A stretch of DNA of 41,826 bases from a virus. This document shows positions 6,763-14,420 of this stretch, piece by piece. The stretch lies in IMG/VR virus record IMGVR_UViG_3300029743_000011; one strand, 5' to 3'. The stretch's first letter is position 1. Each line of letters opens with the position of its first letter. The translations under genes and the position numbers were made by a program. Under the pieces are notes generated by a model. It ran no database searches and was not told the origin of the DNA. It saw only the letters and a list, made by a program, of their open reading frames with translations.

Positions 6763-6948
6763 ATGCAGAGCATCAATATTCGCTTTGAAAACGGGAAAGT
6801 AAACATCATCGTAGACGGGGCGCTTTTCAAAGACGTCCACAGTCTAAGCCTGGACTACATCAAGGGCGCACCCATGCTCTTTGCTTGCGTCTCAGATGTA
6901 GGCGGCGAGAAGCGGGAGCAGTGGAACCAATGCCCGCTGCCGAACTGA
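6763..6948 (+). CDS. Small hypothetical protein
   Basis: ATG 6763 lies 8 nt after GGAGG. 61 aa. An antisense ORF (6631..6840) competes, so it is uncertain. Confidence 0.35.
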   Translation: MQSINIRFENGKVNIIVDGALFKDVHSLSLDYIKGAPMLFACVSDVGGEKREQWNQCPLPN

Positions 6949-6956
6949 TAACGCCT

Positions 6957-7541
6957 TTACTTTGGGTGGCAGCCTCCGCAAGGTGAATACCCAGAGTTCT
7001 GTGCATCTTCTGCACTATCAAACCAGATTTCATTCTCTGGGAGGATTTCCTTCGCGAAGCGGCAACCCGGATTATGGTATTTATCCGAGTCAACACTTCC
7101 GACGTATACACCTGATGATTTCGGTGACGTTGTTTCCGTAACTGGCTCAGAGACCTGGGAAGCAATAGCTTCCGAAACAGGCCGCTCGGTTGGTTCGGAT
7201 GCTTCGATCGGAGCGTCCGGCGCAGCGGGGGCGATATCGGATGCAGCGGAATTGATTGGGGATGTTTGCACGGACTCCGCCGGAACGGAAACCTCTGACT
7301 TCTCTTCGATTGTATCAGTGGAAGACTGCGATACGCTAGAAATATCAGTGTTTGGTGTCTCTGCTGTTTTCGGTGCAATGAACGCCGCAAATATCAAAAC
7401 GCAGAACGATATCAAAATACATTTCCAATATGTTTTTCTGTGAGGACTCAAACGCTTGATGAACAGTAAAATGATAAGCACCGATAGTGCGCATGACGAT
7501 ATCAAAGCCAATGTTACAGATATGAATTCCAAAAGCACCAC
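6957..7541 (-). CDS. Membrane-anchored protein with Ser/Thr/Pro/Glu-rich linker and C-terminal Ada-like ('sunset'-type) Cys motif domain
   Basis: Two N-terminal hydrophobic helices. C-terminus YVGSVDSDKYHNPGCRFAKEILPENEIWFDSAEDAQNSGYSPCGGCHP. Confidence 0.7.
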   Translation of the reverse strand: MVLLEFISVTLALISSCALSVLIILLFIKRLSPHRKTYWKCILISFCVLIFAAFIAPKTAETPNTDISSVSQSSTDTIEEKSEVSVPAESVQTSPINSAASDIAPAAPDAPIEASEPTERPVSEAIASQVSEPVTETTSPKSSGVYVGSVDSDKYHNPGCRFAKEILPENEIWFDSAEDAQNSGYSPCGGCHPK

Positions 7542-7598
7542 CCCTTTTTTGAAATCACTATAATTTTAGCATCAAATCTGGACGCCGGCAACGAAATC

Positions 7599-7820
7599 AT
7601 GTACGAAAATGAAACCGAAATTTTGACAGAAATGGAGAAAATTATGGATGAAATTAAAAAGCAGGAAGAGCAATCATGGGAATTATACATATTGTCAGAT
7701 GAAGACAGAAATTTCCTGTCGATAGTTCATAATAAGAACATTAGAAAAGCCCTTTTGGAGCGCCTCCGAGATTTAGGAGAGCTTCCCGCTTTTCTTGAGG
7801 TAGAGAATGGAACCAAGTAA
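7599..7820 (+). CDS. Hypothetical acidic protein (doubtful)
   Basis: AT-rich ORF with no clear RBS. Its last 80 nt overlap the 3' end of the convergent gene 7741..8151. Confidence 0.3.
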   Translation: MYENETEILTEMEKIMDEIKKQEEQSWELYILSDEDRNFLSIVHNKNIRKALLERLRDLGELPAFLEVENGTK

Positions 7821-8151
7821 GAAGGGCTTTGTCTTTAGGCGTTAGCGCTTCGCCATCGGCGGGGCGCTCTTTTTTTATGCCCTTTTCCCGTTCCCGCTCG
7901 ATCAGGCTGCGCACTAACTCGATATCTGCCTCTTCTACAAGAATCTCCTCCGGCGTGGTTTGCAGCAGAACGCACATACGGGCGGCTTCTTCGGGGGAAG
8001 GGAGGTTTCTGCCACGCTTGAGATCAGAAACCCACGAAGGGCGGTCTTCGAAACCCATAGCTAAGCAAAATACAACATTGCTCCGAAAGTGCTTGTCAAT
8101 CTGCACTTTTACAGAGTCGTATATGATTTTTACGGTCTTCTTTCTGGACAT
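7741..8151 (-). CDS. XRE-like HTH DNA-binding protein (CI-like candidate)
   Basis: AAGAGG RBS. SWVSDLKRGRNLPSPEEAARMCVLLQTTPEEIL. The start lies 13 nt downstream of the nuclease gene stop, suggesting an operon. Confidence 0.7.
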   Translation of the reverse strand: MSRKKTVKIIYDSVKVQIDKHFRSNVVFCLAMGFEDRPSWVSDLKRGRNLPSPEEAARMCVLLQTTPEEILVEEADIELVRSLIEREREKGIKKERPADGEALTPKDKALLTWFHSLPQEKREALLNLGGAPKGLF

Positions 8152-8164
8152 AGCAAACCTCTTA

Positions 8165-8917
8165 TTACTGATTATTAAGCATTTCGATTATTTTTTCTCT
8201 ATCCCACAGTAAAACGCGCGTTTTTTCGGCGAGAGCTTTTGCACCACTCGTAAAGTGCCGGTTTGTCATTACCACAGCAACTTGGCAGTTATACATTTCT
8301 TTTCCGGCAAAAACTTCTTGTACGGGCTTATTTCCTAAATCCGAAGAAAAACATTTGCACTGAATGGCATAGTGTATTTCTTCCTTTTGCGCGACTATAT
8401 CGACGCCCTGATCATTGCTGCCCGGAGTGACAGACACGTTGTAAAACCCATTGCTTCTAAGCAAATTCGCGCACCAGAATTCAAATGCATGGCCATCCAT
8501 TACGTCAATTTTATATAACTCATTTTCGATCTTGGACAATCCGCGCTGTTCTCTTCTCCAATCCTCTTCTTCTTGAAGAATTGATCGAACATCAATCTCT
8601 GCGTGAGGCTGTTCCCTTTGAACAGGTTGAGCCGCTACCGGCTTAACGGGAAGAATCGGTTCAACCACGTCTGCATCCTTATCAAATTTAAGCGACCTAC
8701 TCTTCCTCTTTTTTCGGCCCAGTTTGCAGGAAAAATAAAATGCTGCGGCTATTCCGACAAATGGATACCATGTAGGAGCAAGCAATGTGTTTGTTGTTTC
8801 ATCCACTGGGAACACGGCACAGCCGATTAAATGATAAGCAAGAAATACGCCGAAGAAAATGAGCACGCGCTTTGCAAATCCTAGAACGGGACGTATTGGT
8901 TTGTTCATTCTACCCAT
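8165..8917 (-). CDS. Membrane-anchored Mrr_cat-type (PD-(D/E)xK) restriction endonuclease-like protein
   Basis: Two N-terminal TM helices. C-terminal GHAFEFWCANLLRSNGF...GSNDQGVDIVAQ...YAIQCK...VVMTNRHFTSGAKALA. The DNA is AT-richer than its surroundings. Confidence 0.75.
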   Translation of the reverse strand: MGRMNKPIRPVLGFAKRVLIFFGVFLAYHLIGCAVFPVDETTNTLLAPTWYPFVGIAAAFYFSCKLGRKKRKSRSLKFDKDADVVEPILPVKPVAAQPVQREQPHAEIDVRSILQEEEDWRREQRGLSKIENELYKIDVMDGHAFEFWCANLLRSNGFYNVSVTPGSNDQGVDIVAQKEEIHYAIQCKCFSSDLGNKPVQEVFAGKEMYNCQVAVVMTNRHFTSGAKALAEKTRVLLWDREKIIEMLNNQ

Positions 8918-8948
8918 AAAGCATAAGCATTTCTTGTTCAGATTTGAA

Positions 8949-8993
8949 CCGGAATATTTCTGGCATTACCCTTGACAGCCAGAAATATTCTGG
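8949..8993. promoter_or_regulatory. Two operator-like sites CC(A/G)GAA-N3-TTCTGG, centres 30 bp apart
   Basis: ccggaatatttctgg (8949-8963) and ccagaaatattctgg (8979-8993) are inverted copies of each other (14/15). The second fills the spacer of the consensus promoter. Confidence 0.6.
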
Positions 8994-9000
8994 TTATAAT
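8972..9000 (+). promoter_or_regulatory. Consensus rightward promoter (early lytic, PR-like)
   Basis: TTGACA (8972-8977), 17 nt spacer, TATAAT (8995-9000). Confidence 0.65.
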
Positions 9001-9027
9001 ATACCCATGATAAATCAAAACAGGCAA
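8998..9027 (-). promoter_or_regulatory. Candidate leftward promoter (PRM-like), back-to-back with the rightward one
   Basis: The minus strand reads TTGCCT, 18 nt spacer, TATATT. Confidence 0.3.
9008..9017. promoter_or_regulatory. Operator-like palindrome TGATAAATCA
   Basis: Reverse complement of the site at 9132-9141. Both are followed by AAA. Confidence 0.4.
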
Positions 9028-9113
9028 AGCTAACGCCAACCCACAAGCATTTTTTCGGTTTGCGGGCTTATTACCGATATTTTGTTGGCTGACACTTACA
9101 TAATAAAGGCTTT

Positions 9114-9142
9114 TTGACGTTTTGTCAACGCTGATTTATCAA
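9114..9142 (+). promoter_or_regulatory. Second candidate rightward promoter
   Basis: TTGACG, 17 nt spacer, TATCAA. Lies 25 nt upstream of the cro-like start. Confidence 0.35.
9132..9141. promoter_or_regulatory. Operator-like palindrome TGATTTATCA
   Basis: Inverted copy of 9008-9017. Overlaps the -10 of the second rightward promoter. Confidence 0.4.
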
Positions 9143-9166
9143 AATTACCGAATAAGGAGGGTAGAC

Positions 9167-9391
9167 GTGGAGACTTTGAAAGAAATGCGTCTGCGGTGCG
9201 GCTATTCCCGCCCGCAGGTCGCGAACAAACTAAACGTCTCGGATACGGCAATCGCGCACTGGGAGGCGGAGGACTGGACACCTTCTACGAAGTATCACAA
9301 GCCGCTTGCGCGTATCTACGGTGTGCCGCTCGATGTTTTCCGGGCAACAATAGAGGAAACGAAGAAGCGGAAACAGGGAGCGGGCGTATGA
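9167..9391 (+). CDS. Cro-like XRE HTH protein
   Basis: GTG 9167 lies 6 nt after AAGGAGGG. LKEMRLRCGYSRPQVANKLNVSDTAIAHWE. Confidence 0.75.
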   Translation: METLKEMRLRCGYSRPQVANKLNVSDTAIAHWEAEDWTPSTKYHKPLARIYGVPLDVFRATIEETKKRKQGAGV

Positions 9392-9816
9392 AACGCAAAG
9401 AGGAAACGGCGATTATCCTTTCCGCGCTTGCAACCGCAGGTGTGCCGGAAAGCAATCAGGTAAAATCGGCAGTTGATTACGGGTTGAAACTGATCCGCAT
9501 AAGGAAATTTGAAGAACGGGCAGAACCCAAAGAAGGGTTGCCAATGTTGGAAAAATGGACAGGCGACCTGATCGGGAAGATGCACAACAGCAAGGTCACA
9601 TACGACGAAGCGCAAGGAGAAGGAGGGCTGACAATGTGCAAACAGGGAATAGTTTCAGCGAAAGTTGAGATTTTAGGAAGCTACGCAATCGTCGATGCGA
9701 CAGGAGAAGCAAAGGCTGTGGCTTTGTTTATCAAAGAACTTGGCTTGGCTGATAACGTTGGGGCAAAAACCTTGAGCCTTGTAAAAGAGGCTCAGACGGA
9801 AAAGGAGGAAGTCTGA
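9388..9816 (+). CDS. Hypothetical early protein
   Basis: ATGA overlap with the cro-like stop. 142 aa. The longer out-of-frame ORF from 9196 was rejected. Confidence 0.6.
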   Translation: MKRKEETAIILSALATAGVPESNQVKSAVDYGLKLIRIRKFEERAEPKEGLPMLEKWTGDLIGKMHNSKVTYDEAQGEGGLTMCKQGIVSAKVEILGSYAIVDATGEAKAVALFIKELGLADNVGAKTLSLVKEAQTEKEEV

Positions 9817-9844
9817 ACCACATCGATAGTGTGGTAACACTTCC

Positions 9845-9867
9845 GGTAATACCACGGTATTACCTTT
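9845..9867 (+). terminator. Weak terminator-like hairpin
   Basis: ggtaatac / gtattacc, 4-nt loop, then TTT. Confidence 0.3.
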
Positions 9868-9931
9868 AGGAAATGGAAATGGAATAGATAGTATTTCTGA
9901 AAAATTATTAAACAGAAATGGAGGGAGAACG

Positions 9932-10156
9932 ATGGCAACGCAAAATCTGGCGGAGCTGATGTCTTCGGAATCGGACATGATCAACGCGGACGTTGCGGCA
10001 AAGATTCTCGGTTGCAGCCCACAGCGTCTGCGGATGATGGCGCGGGAGAGACCGGAGCGGCTTGGCTTTCCAGTCTGCTGCCCGACACCGCACCGGGTAA
10101 AAATCCCGAGAATCCCATTTATGCGATTCCTCGGATTGGAGGTACAGGATGAGTGA
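9932..10156 (+). CDS. Excisionase-like / MerR-type HTH DNA-binding protein
   Basis: GGAGGG RBS. INADVAAKILGCSPQRLRMMAR...RVKIPRIPFMRFLG. Confidence 0.55.
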   Translation: MATQNLAELMSSESDMINADVAAKILGCSPQRLRMMARERPERLGFPVCCPTPHRVKIPRIPFMRFLGLEVQDE

Positions 10157-10412
10157 CGTTGAATATATCCTTGAGGCGAATCACCGGCGCGCAAGAGAGC
10201 GTGAACTCGGCGAGCGGTGGGACAAGATTATCCGGCAGCGGAAAAGGAAGTCGGAGCTTTTGAAGGCTTCGGAAGCATTTTGCTTTTCGATTGGCTGCGT
10301 CCTTCTGGGCGGCACAGCGACCCTGCTGGGCTTCGGGCTGTTCAAGGCGGCGCTTACGCTCGGCGGCGCGGCGGTGATCTTCTTCGGCGGCGCGGTTCTG
10401 ATGGAGGCGTGA
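10149..10412 (+). CDS. Small membrane protein
   Basis: Basic N-terminus followed by two hydrophobic Gly/Ala-rich helices. Confidence 0.6.
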   Translation: MSDVEYILEANHRRARERELGERWDKIIRQRKRKSELLKASEAFCFSIGCVLLGGTATLLGFGLFKAALTLGGAAVIFFGGAVLMEA

Positions 10413-10413
10413 G

Positions 10414-10614
10414 ATGATTTACCCGTGCAAGAAATGCACACACGACACAGGCAAGTGCCGCTGCCTTGATTGGCAGAGATGGTTCTCCGTGGAGTTTGAG
10501 GCAGAAGCGGCGAAGGTGCTTGCTGCGACGCACGCAGAGCCGTTACCGGCGCCGCCGAAGATATTCTATCGCGAGATTGTTTTCAGTTCGATCTTCACGC
10601 AGCTTTGGAGGTAG
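10414..10614 (+). CDS. Small Cys-rich protein
   Basis: GGAGG RBS. PCKKCTHDTGKCRC. Confidence 0.5.
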   Translation: MIYPCKKCTHDTGKCRCLDWQRWFSVEFEAEAAKVLAATHAEPLPAPPKIFYREIVFSSIFTQLWR

Positions 10615-10616
10615 CT

Positions 10617-10835
10617 ATGACGCAGGCTGAACGTGTTTTGAAGTACATGCGCGACTTCGGCAGCATTACGCAGCTCGAAGCGATTCGGGATATCAGCTGT
10701 ATGCGTCTGGGAGCGAGGATTTTTGATCTCAAGCGTGAGGGTTACGCGATAAAGAAGGAAATGGAAACGAGCAAGAACCGGTATGGCGAGGATACGAGCT
10801 ATGCCAGATACAGGTTGGTGGATGATGAAGGATAA
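10617..10835 (+). CDS. Winged-helix DNA-binding protein
   Basis: ATG 10617 follows GGAGG. VLKYMRDFGSITQLEAIRDISCMRLGARIFDLKREGYAI. Confidence 0.6.
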   Translation: MTQAERVLKYMRDFGSITQLEAIRDISCMRLGARIFDLKREGYAIKKEMETSKNRYGEDTSYARYRLVDDEG

Positions 10836-11046
10836 ACAGCAAGCGCAATGTATGTTTGACCGGTTCGGCGCTGAGATTTACGAAGGCGAAGAATACTTCG
10901 CCGGAAACGATGGAGATATCTTCGTGTGCGATTCTGAGAACTTTGACCCGGGCAATCATATCGTTTGCGATCTGGTAGAGACGATGGGAACAAAGTGGAT
11001 ATTAGAACAGCTGGGGTATCAGAAGAAGACGTTCTGCCCCGGCTGA
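10822..11046 (+). CDS. Hypothetical protein
   Basis: ATG follows GGTGG. 74 aa. Confidence 0.5.
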   Translation: MMKDKQQAQCMFDRFGAEIYEGEEYFAGNDGDIFVCDSENFDPGNHIVCDLVETMGTKWILEQLGYQKKTFCPG

Positions 11047-11059
11047 GAAGGAGGGTAAT

Positions 11060-11704
11060 ATGCTGAAAGGATTTAACGAGCTTGTACAGATCGACGTTTT
11101 GCCGTTCTGTGACAAGCGGAAAGCGAAGGATGACAATGGGAAGCCGATCGAAGTTCCGTATCTTCCGTGGGCGAAATGTAAAATGCTGCTCCACGAAAAC
11201 GGGGCGAGCGAGGTCTACTTTGTGCCGCTGAAAAATGAGACTGGCGGGTACTTATTCCAGTCAAAGGAAGTCCATGACAAGAATGGCAGAACGACGGGGT
11301 GCTATTTCGTTTCCGTCGAAATCCACATCGACGATAAGACGTTCCGAATGGATATGCCGCTGATGAACGGTTCCTTAGTGGTTTACGATGACACGTTGAA
11401 TCAGCTTCGGATTTCCAATGCTCATGCGAGAGCGTTTGTGAAGGGCGTGGCCATTCACACGGGGCTTGGCTTCAAGCTCTGGCTAAACGACAAGGACACG
11501 GAACGCGCAGACGATGACCTATCCCAGCACAGCATTATGGCGATCAAGCAGAGAATCGAGCAGCTGATTACTTTGAAGCTGCAAAACGGGGCGGATATGA
11601 GCTATATCCTCTCGGGGCTTGGGCTGAATCAGAAGAAATTCGATCAGCTGATGGCGTCGTTCGGTAACATTCAGTATCTGGAAAATACGCTGAAACGCTT
11701 ATGA
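11060..11704 (+). CDS. Rad52-like single-strand annealing protein (Sak/DUF1071 type)
   Basis: PYLPWAKCKMLL...NAHARAFVKGVAIHTGLGFKLW matches the YLsWa...qRalvKa.A.hGLGl.LY pattern. Confidence 0.7.
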   Translation: MLKGFNELVQIDVLPFCDKRKAKDDNGKPIEVPYLPWAKCKMLLHENGASEVYFVPLKNETGGYLFQSKEVHDKNGRTTGCYFVSVEIHIDDKTFRMDMPLMNGSLVVYDDTLNQLRISNAHARAFVKGVAIHTGLGFKLWLNDKDTERADDDLSQHSIMAIKQRIEQLITLKLQNGADMSYILSGLGLNQKKFDQLMASFGNIQYLENTLKRL

Positions 11705-12261
11705 TACACGACCACGACAGAAGCGGGTGGTTCGGCGCGTCGGATACGGCGGCGATCATGGGCAGATGGGACACAAAGACGTTCCGCAGCTTTTGGCTGC
11801 AAAAGCTCGGCGTGAACCGCGACCACTTTTCGACACTGGAAATGGATACCGGAAGTGCTTACGAACACAGGATTCTGGAACATATCGGCATCCGAAAGAT
11901 GGACAGGCAGATTAAGATTCGGCGGCTTCGGCTTCGGGTGAACCTGGATGGCGAGGACGCGCAGGAAATATCAGAGGTAAAGACGCACAAGGGAGAATCC
12001 TTCAAGGTGCCCCGTGCGTACTGGATGCAAGCACAGGTTGAAATGTTCGCGGCGAAAAAGAATCTGCGTATCGTTGCGTACCATCTGGAACCGGAAGACT
12101 ACAGAAACTGGTTTCGGGAGATTGAGGACGATAGGTTGTCATATCATCCGATACCGTATGATCGGGATTGGATAGAAGGCGAGTATCTGCCACGGCTTCG
12201 GTATCTTGCGAAGTGTCTCAGAAAGGGGGTCATTCCGGTTGAGGGAGCTGAACATAGTTGA
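11701..12261 (+). CDS. YqaJ-like (lambda Exo-type PD-(D/E)xK) exonuclease
   Basis: GWFGASDTAAIMG...GSAYEHRILE...NLDGEDAQEISEVKT. Overlaps the SSAP stop. Confidence 0.7.
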   Translation: MIHDHDRSGWFGASDTAAIMGRWDTKTFRSFWLQKLGVNRDHFSTLEMDTGSAYEHRILEHIGIRKMDRQIKIRRLRLRVNLDGEDAQEISEVKTHKGESFKVPRAYWMQAQVEMFAAKKNLRIVAYHLEPEDYRNWFREIEDDRLSYHPIPYDRDWIEGEYLPRLRYLAKCLRKGVIPVEGAEHS

Positions 12262-12274
12262 AGCTTCGTGGAGC

Positions 12275-12808
12275 ATGGACGCGGCGGGAAGCTGGCTGAG
12301 ACTCCGGCCGGAGCTGCCAGGACAAGCCCAGATGGTAGCCGGGGAGATTGAACCGCAGAAGAAGTACACGGTCACGATCAAGGAATTTCGCCAGAAGCGG
12401 AGCTTGGATGCAAACCGATATCTATGGGTGCTTTGCAATAAGCTTTCGGTCAAGGTGGGTGCGCCGCCGGAAGAAATCTACCGGCACTATATCCCGGATG
12501 TTGGCGATAACTCCGATACGATCTGCATTCCGGACGCAGCGGTCAAGCGATTTCGGGAGGACTGGGAATCGCACGGACTCGGGCGCTGCACGGAGGTCAT
12601 GGCGTCAAAAATTCCTGGCTGCACGAACGTCATTTGCTACTACGGCTCAAGTACCTACGACACAAAGCAGATGGCGCGGCTCATTGATCTGGTCGTTGAG
12701 GACTGCAAACAGCAGGGCATTGAGACGCTCCCGCCGGAAGAACTCGAGCGTATGGCGCTGGAATGGAGGCAGGATGAGGAAAGAAACGAAGGCGACAAAG
12801 ATACCTGA
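12275..12808 (+). CDS. ninB: NinB/Orf-family recombination mediator
   Basis: KEFRQKRSLDANRYLWVLCNKLS parallels lambda NinB ERNRSLDQNRKLWACLGDVS. The start is uncertain (12275 or 12332). Confidence 0.6.
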   Translation: MDAAGSWLRLRPELPGQAQMVAGEIEPQKKYTVTIKEFRQKRSLDANRYLWVLCNKLSVKVGAPPEEIYRHYIPDVGDNSDTICIPDAAVKRFREDWESHGLGRCTEVMASKIPGCTNVICYYGSSTYDTKQMARLIDLVVEDCKQQGIETLPPEELERMALEWRQDEERNEGDKDT

Positions 12809-13073
12809 GAAGGTCAAGAAGGCCGTCTGGGCGCGCGACGGCGGGCGCTGCATCGTCTGCCTCCGCCCCGGCAATCCGTGGTGTCATTTCATCCCACGCT
12901 CGCAGGGTGGGCTTGGGATCGAAGAGAACATTGTGACGTTGTGCGATGGCTGCCACAAGCAGTTCGACCAGTCGGCGAAGCGCGAGCACATGAAAGCGTA
13001 TATCAGACGCTACTTAAAAATGAAATATCCCGGGTGGGATGAAGAAAAGCTTATTTACAAGAAAGGAATGTAG
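12774..13073 (+). CDS. HNH endonuclease
   Basis: ATG follows GGAGG. VWARDGGRCIVC...HFIPRSQGGLGIEENIVTLCDGCH. Confidence 0.75.
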   Translation: MRKETKATKIPEKVKKAVWARDGGRCIVCLRPGNPWCHFIPRSQGGLGIEENIVTLCDGCHKQFDQSAKREHMKAYIRRYLKMKYPGWDEEKLIYKKGM

Positions 13074-13076
13074 ATC

Positions 13077-13442
13077 ATGGAAGACACAAGGACAAGCATT
13101 CTCCAAATGGCTCGTGGAGCGATTATGGAGAGAATCGACTACGAAATGACAAAGGTCGTGGACAACATCCTTGACCCGAACACAGAGGCTACAGCAAAGC
13201 GGAAAGTGCAGCTTACCATTGAGTTCCGCCCAGACTCCAACCGGCAGACCGTATCGGTTGCCTGCGGCGTGAAAAGCGCTCTTTGCCCGACAAATCCGGT
13301 TGCGACATCACTTTATATCACCGGAAATGAATTTGGCGAGGTCACGGCGGTGGAAATGGTACCGAACGTGCCCGGCCAGCTGGATATGATGGGCGAAGAA
13401 CAGGAAGTAGCACCCGTCTTGAATTTGGTTAGAAATGCGTAA
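13077..13442 (+). CDS. Hypothetical early protein
   Basis: 121 aa, tightly packed in the operon. Confidence 0.6.
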   Translation: MEDTRTSILQMARGAIMERIDYEMTKVVDNILDPNTEATAKRKVQLTIEFRPDSNRQTVSVACGVKSALCPTNPVATSLYITGNEFGEVTAVEMVPNVPGQLDMMGEEQEVAPVLNLVRNA

Positions 13443-13455
13443 GGAGGAAAATGAA

Positions 13456-14193
13456 ATGATTAAGGAAGCTATCGAGAAAATTGAGGCTATGGCGAAGCCG
13501 CAGGTTTTGGAAATTGGAGACCACACGTTTGCTGTCCTGCCGAATGGAAACTACAAGGAAATCCACGAGGATGTTTACGGCGCGAAAACGCTTGAACTGA
13601 ACAGTCTCGACGCGCTGTGCAAGATGATCCTACGGGAGGGAACAGCTAATGCCGAAGACGGCCAGCTGTTTATCAAGATTCCATCGCATCTTTGCGTTGA
13701 GGCTTTCAGAACCCCGGATATGGATACTCCGTTTGAGCGGTTAACGCCGTATTTTGTTCGTGCGACGGACGTTCCCGGCTGGGATGCGGAAACAAAACTC
13801 ACGTTCGAACGGGCGGCAGTCGCGCTGCAAACCAGATTTCAAGACTCGGAAGATCGCGCGTATACGCTTCAGCTGCTTTCGCAGATCACGACCGGCGCAA
13901 AGATCACCTATAACGATATTGGCGTCGCTACGACGATTGTCACGCAGAAGGGTGTGAGCTTACAGGCCAACGCGACGATTCGCCCGCTGGTAAAACTTCG
14001 CCCGTACAGAACCTTCCAGGAAATTGAGCAGCCGCTTGGACTGTTCCTTATCCGAATTGACGAAAGAGGCATTTCGTTCGTTGAGGCAGACGGCGGTATG
14101 TGGAAGCTGGAAGCGCGGAAGACGATCAAGGAATACCTCGAGGAACATCTTGCCGACGAGATCGAAGCTGGGCGCGTAACAGTCATGCTGTAA
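13456..14193 (+). CDS. Conserved-looking early protein of unknown function
   Basis: ATG 13456 follows AAGGAGG. 245 aa. Confidence 0.6.
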   Translation: MIKEAIEKIEAMAKPQVLEIGDHTFAVLPNGNYKEIHEDVYGAKTLELNSLDALCKMILREGTANAEDGQLFIKIPSHLCVEAFRTPDMDTPFERLTPYFVRATDVPGWDAETKLTFERAAVALQTRFQDSEDRAYTLQLLSQITTGAKITYNDIGVATTIVTQKGVSLQANATIRPLVKLRPYRTFQEIEQPLGLFLIRIDERGISFVEADGGMWKLEARKTIKEYLEEHLADEIEAGRVTVML

Positions 14194-14237
14194 GGAGGAA
14201 GCATGCTGAACCACATTTATAAGAAAGGAACGTAATT

Positions 14238-14420
14238 ATGGAATCCTATGTAAAACTGAGTACGGAAAAGTATGAGGAATTGGCGAAGAAGTGCCTGACG
14301 CTCGACATGCTCGCTGAATCGTATAAGAAGATGCCCTCGTATCGTTTCGACGATGTTTTGAAAGTCATTTTTGGCGCTCCGGAAGAGAATGCGGCGGATA
14401 CGGAGGACGGCGAATGCTGA
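14238..14420 (+). CDS. Small hypothetical protein
   Basis: 60 aa. Overlaps the ssb start. Confidence 0.45.
   Translation: MESYVKLSTEKYEELAKKCLTLDMLAESYKKMPSYRFDDVLKVIFGAPEENAADTEDGEC

Noticed and set aside
12348-12773. Long N-terminal extension of the HNH gene (241-aa ORF); likewise 9196-9387 for the 206-aa ORF
   Set aside because: The extensions are Arg/Ser-rich and out of frame over well-supported genes (NinB-like and Cro-like). Internal starts with GGAGG or an ATGA coupling explain the real genes.
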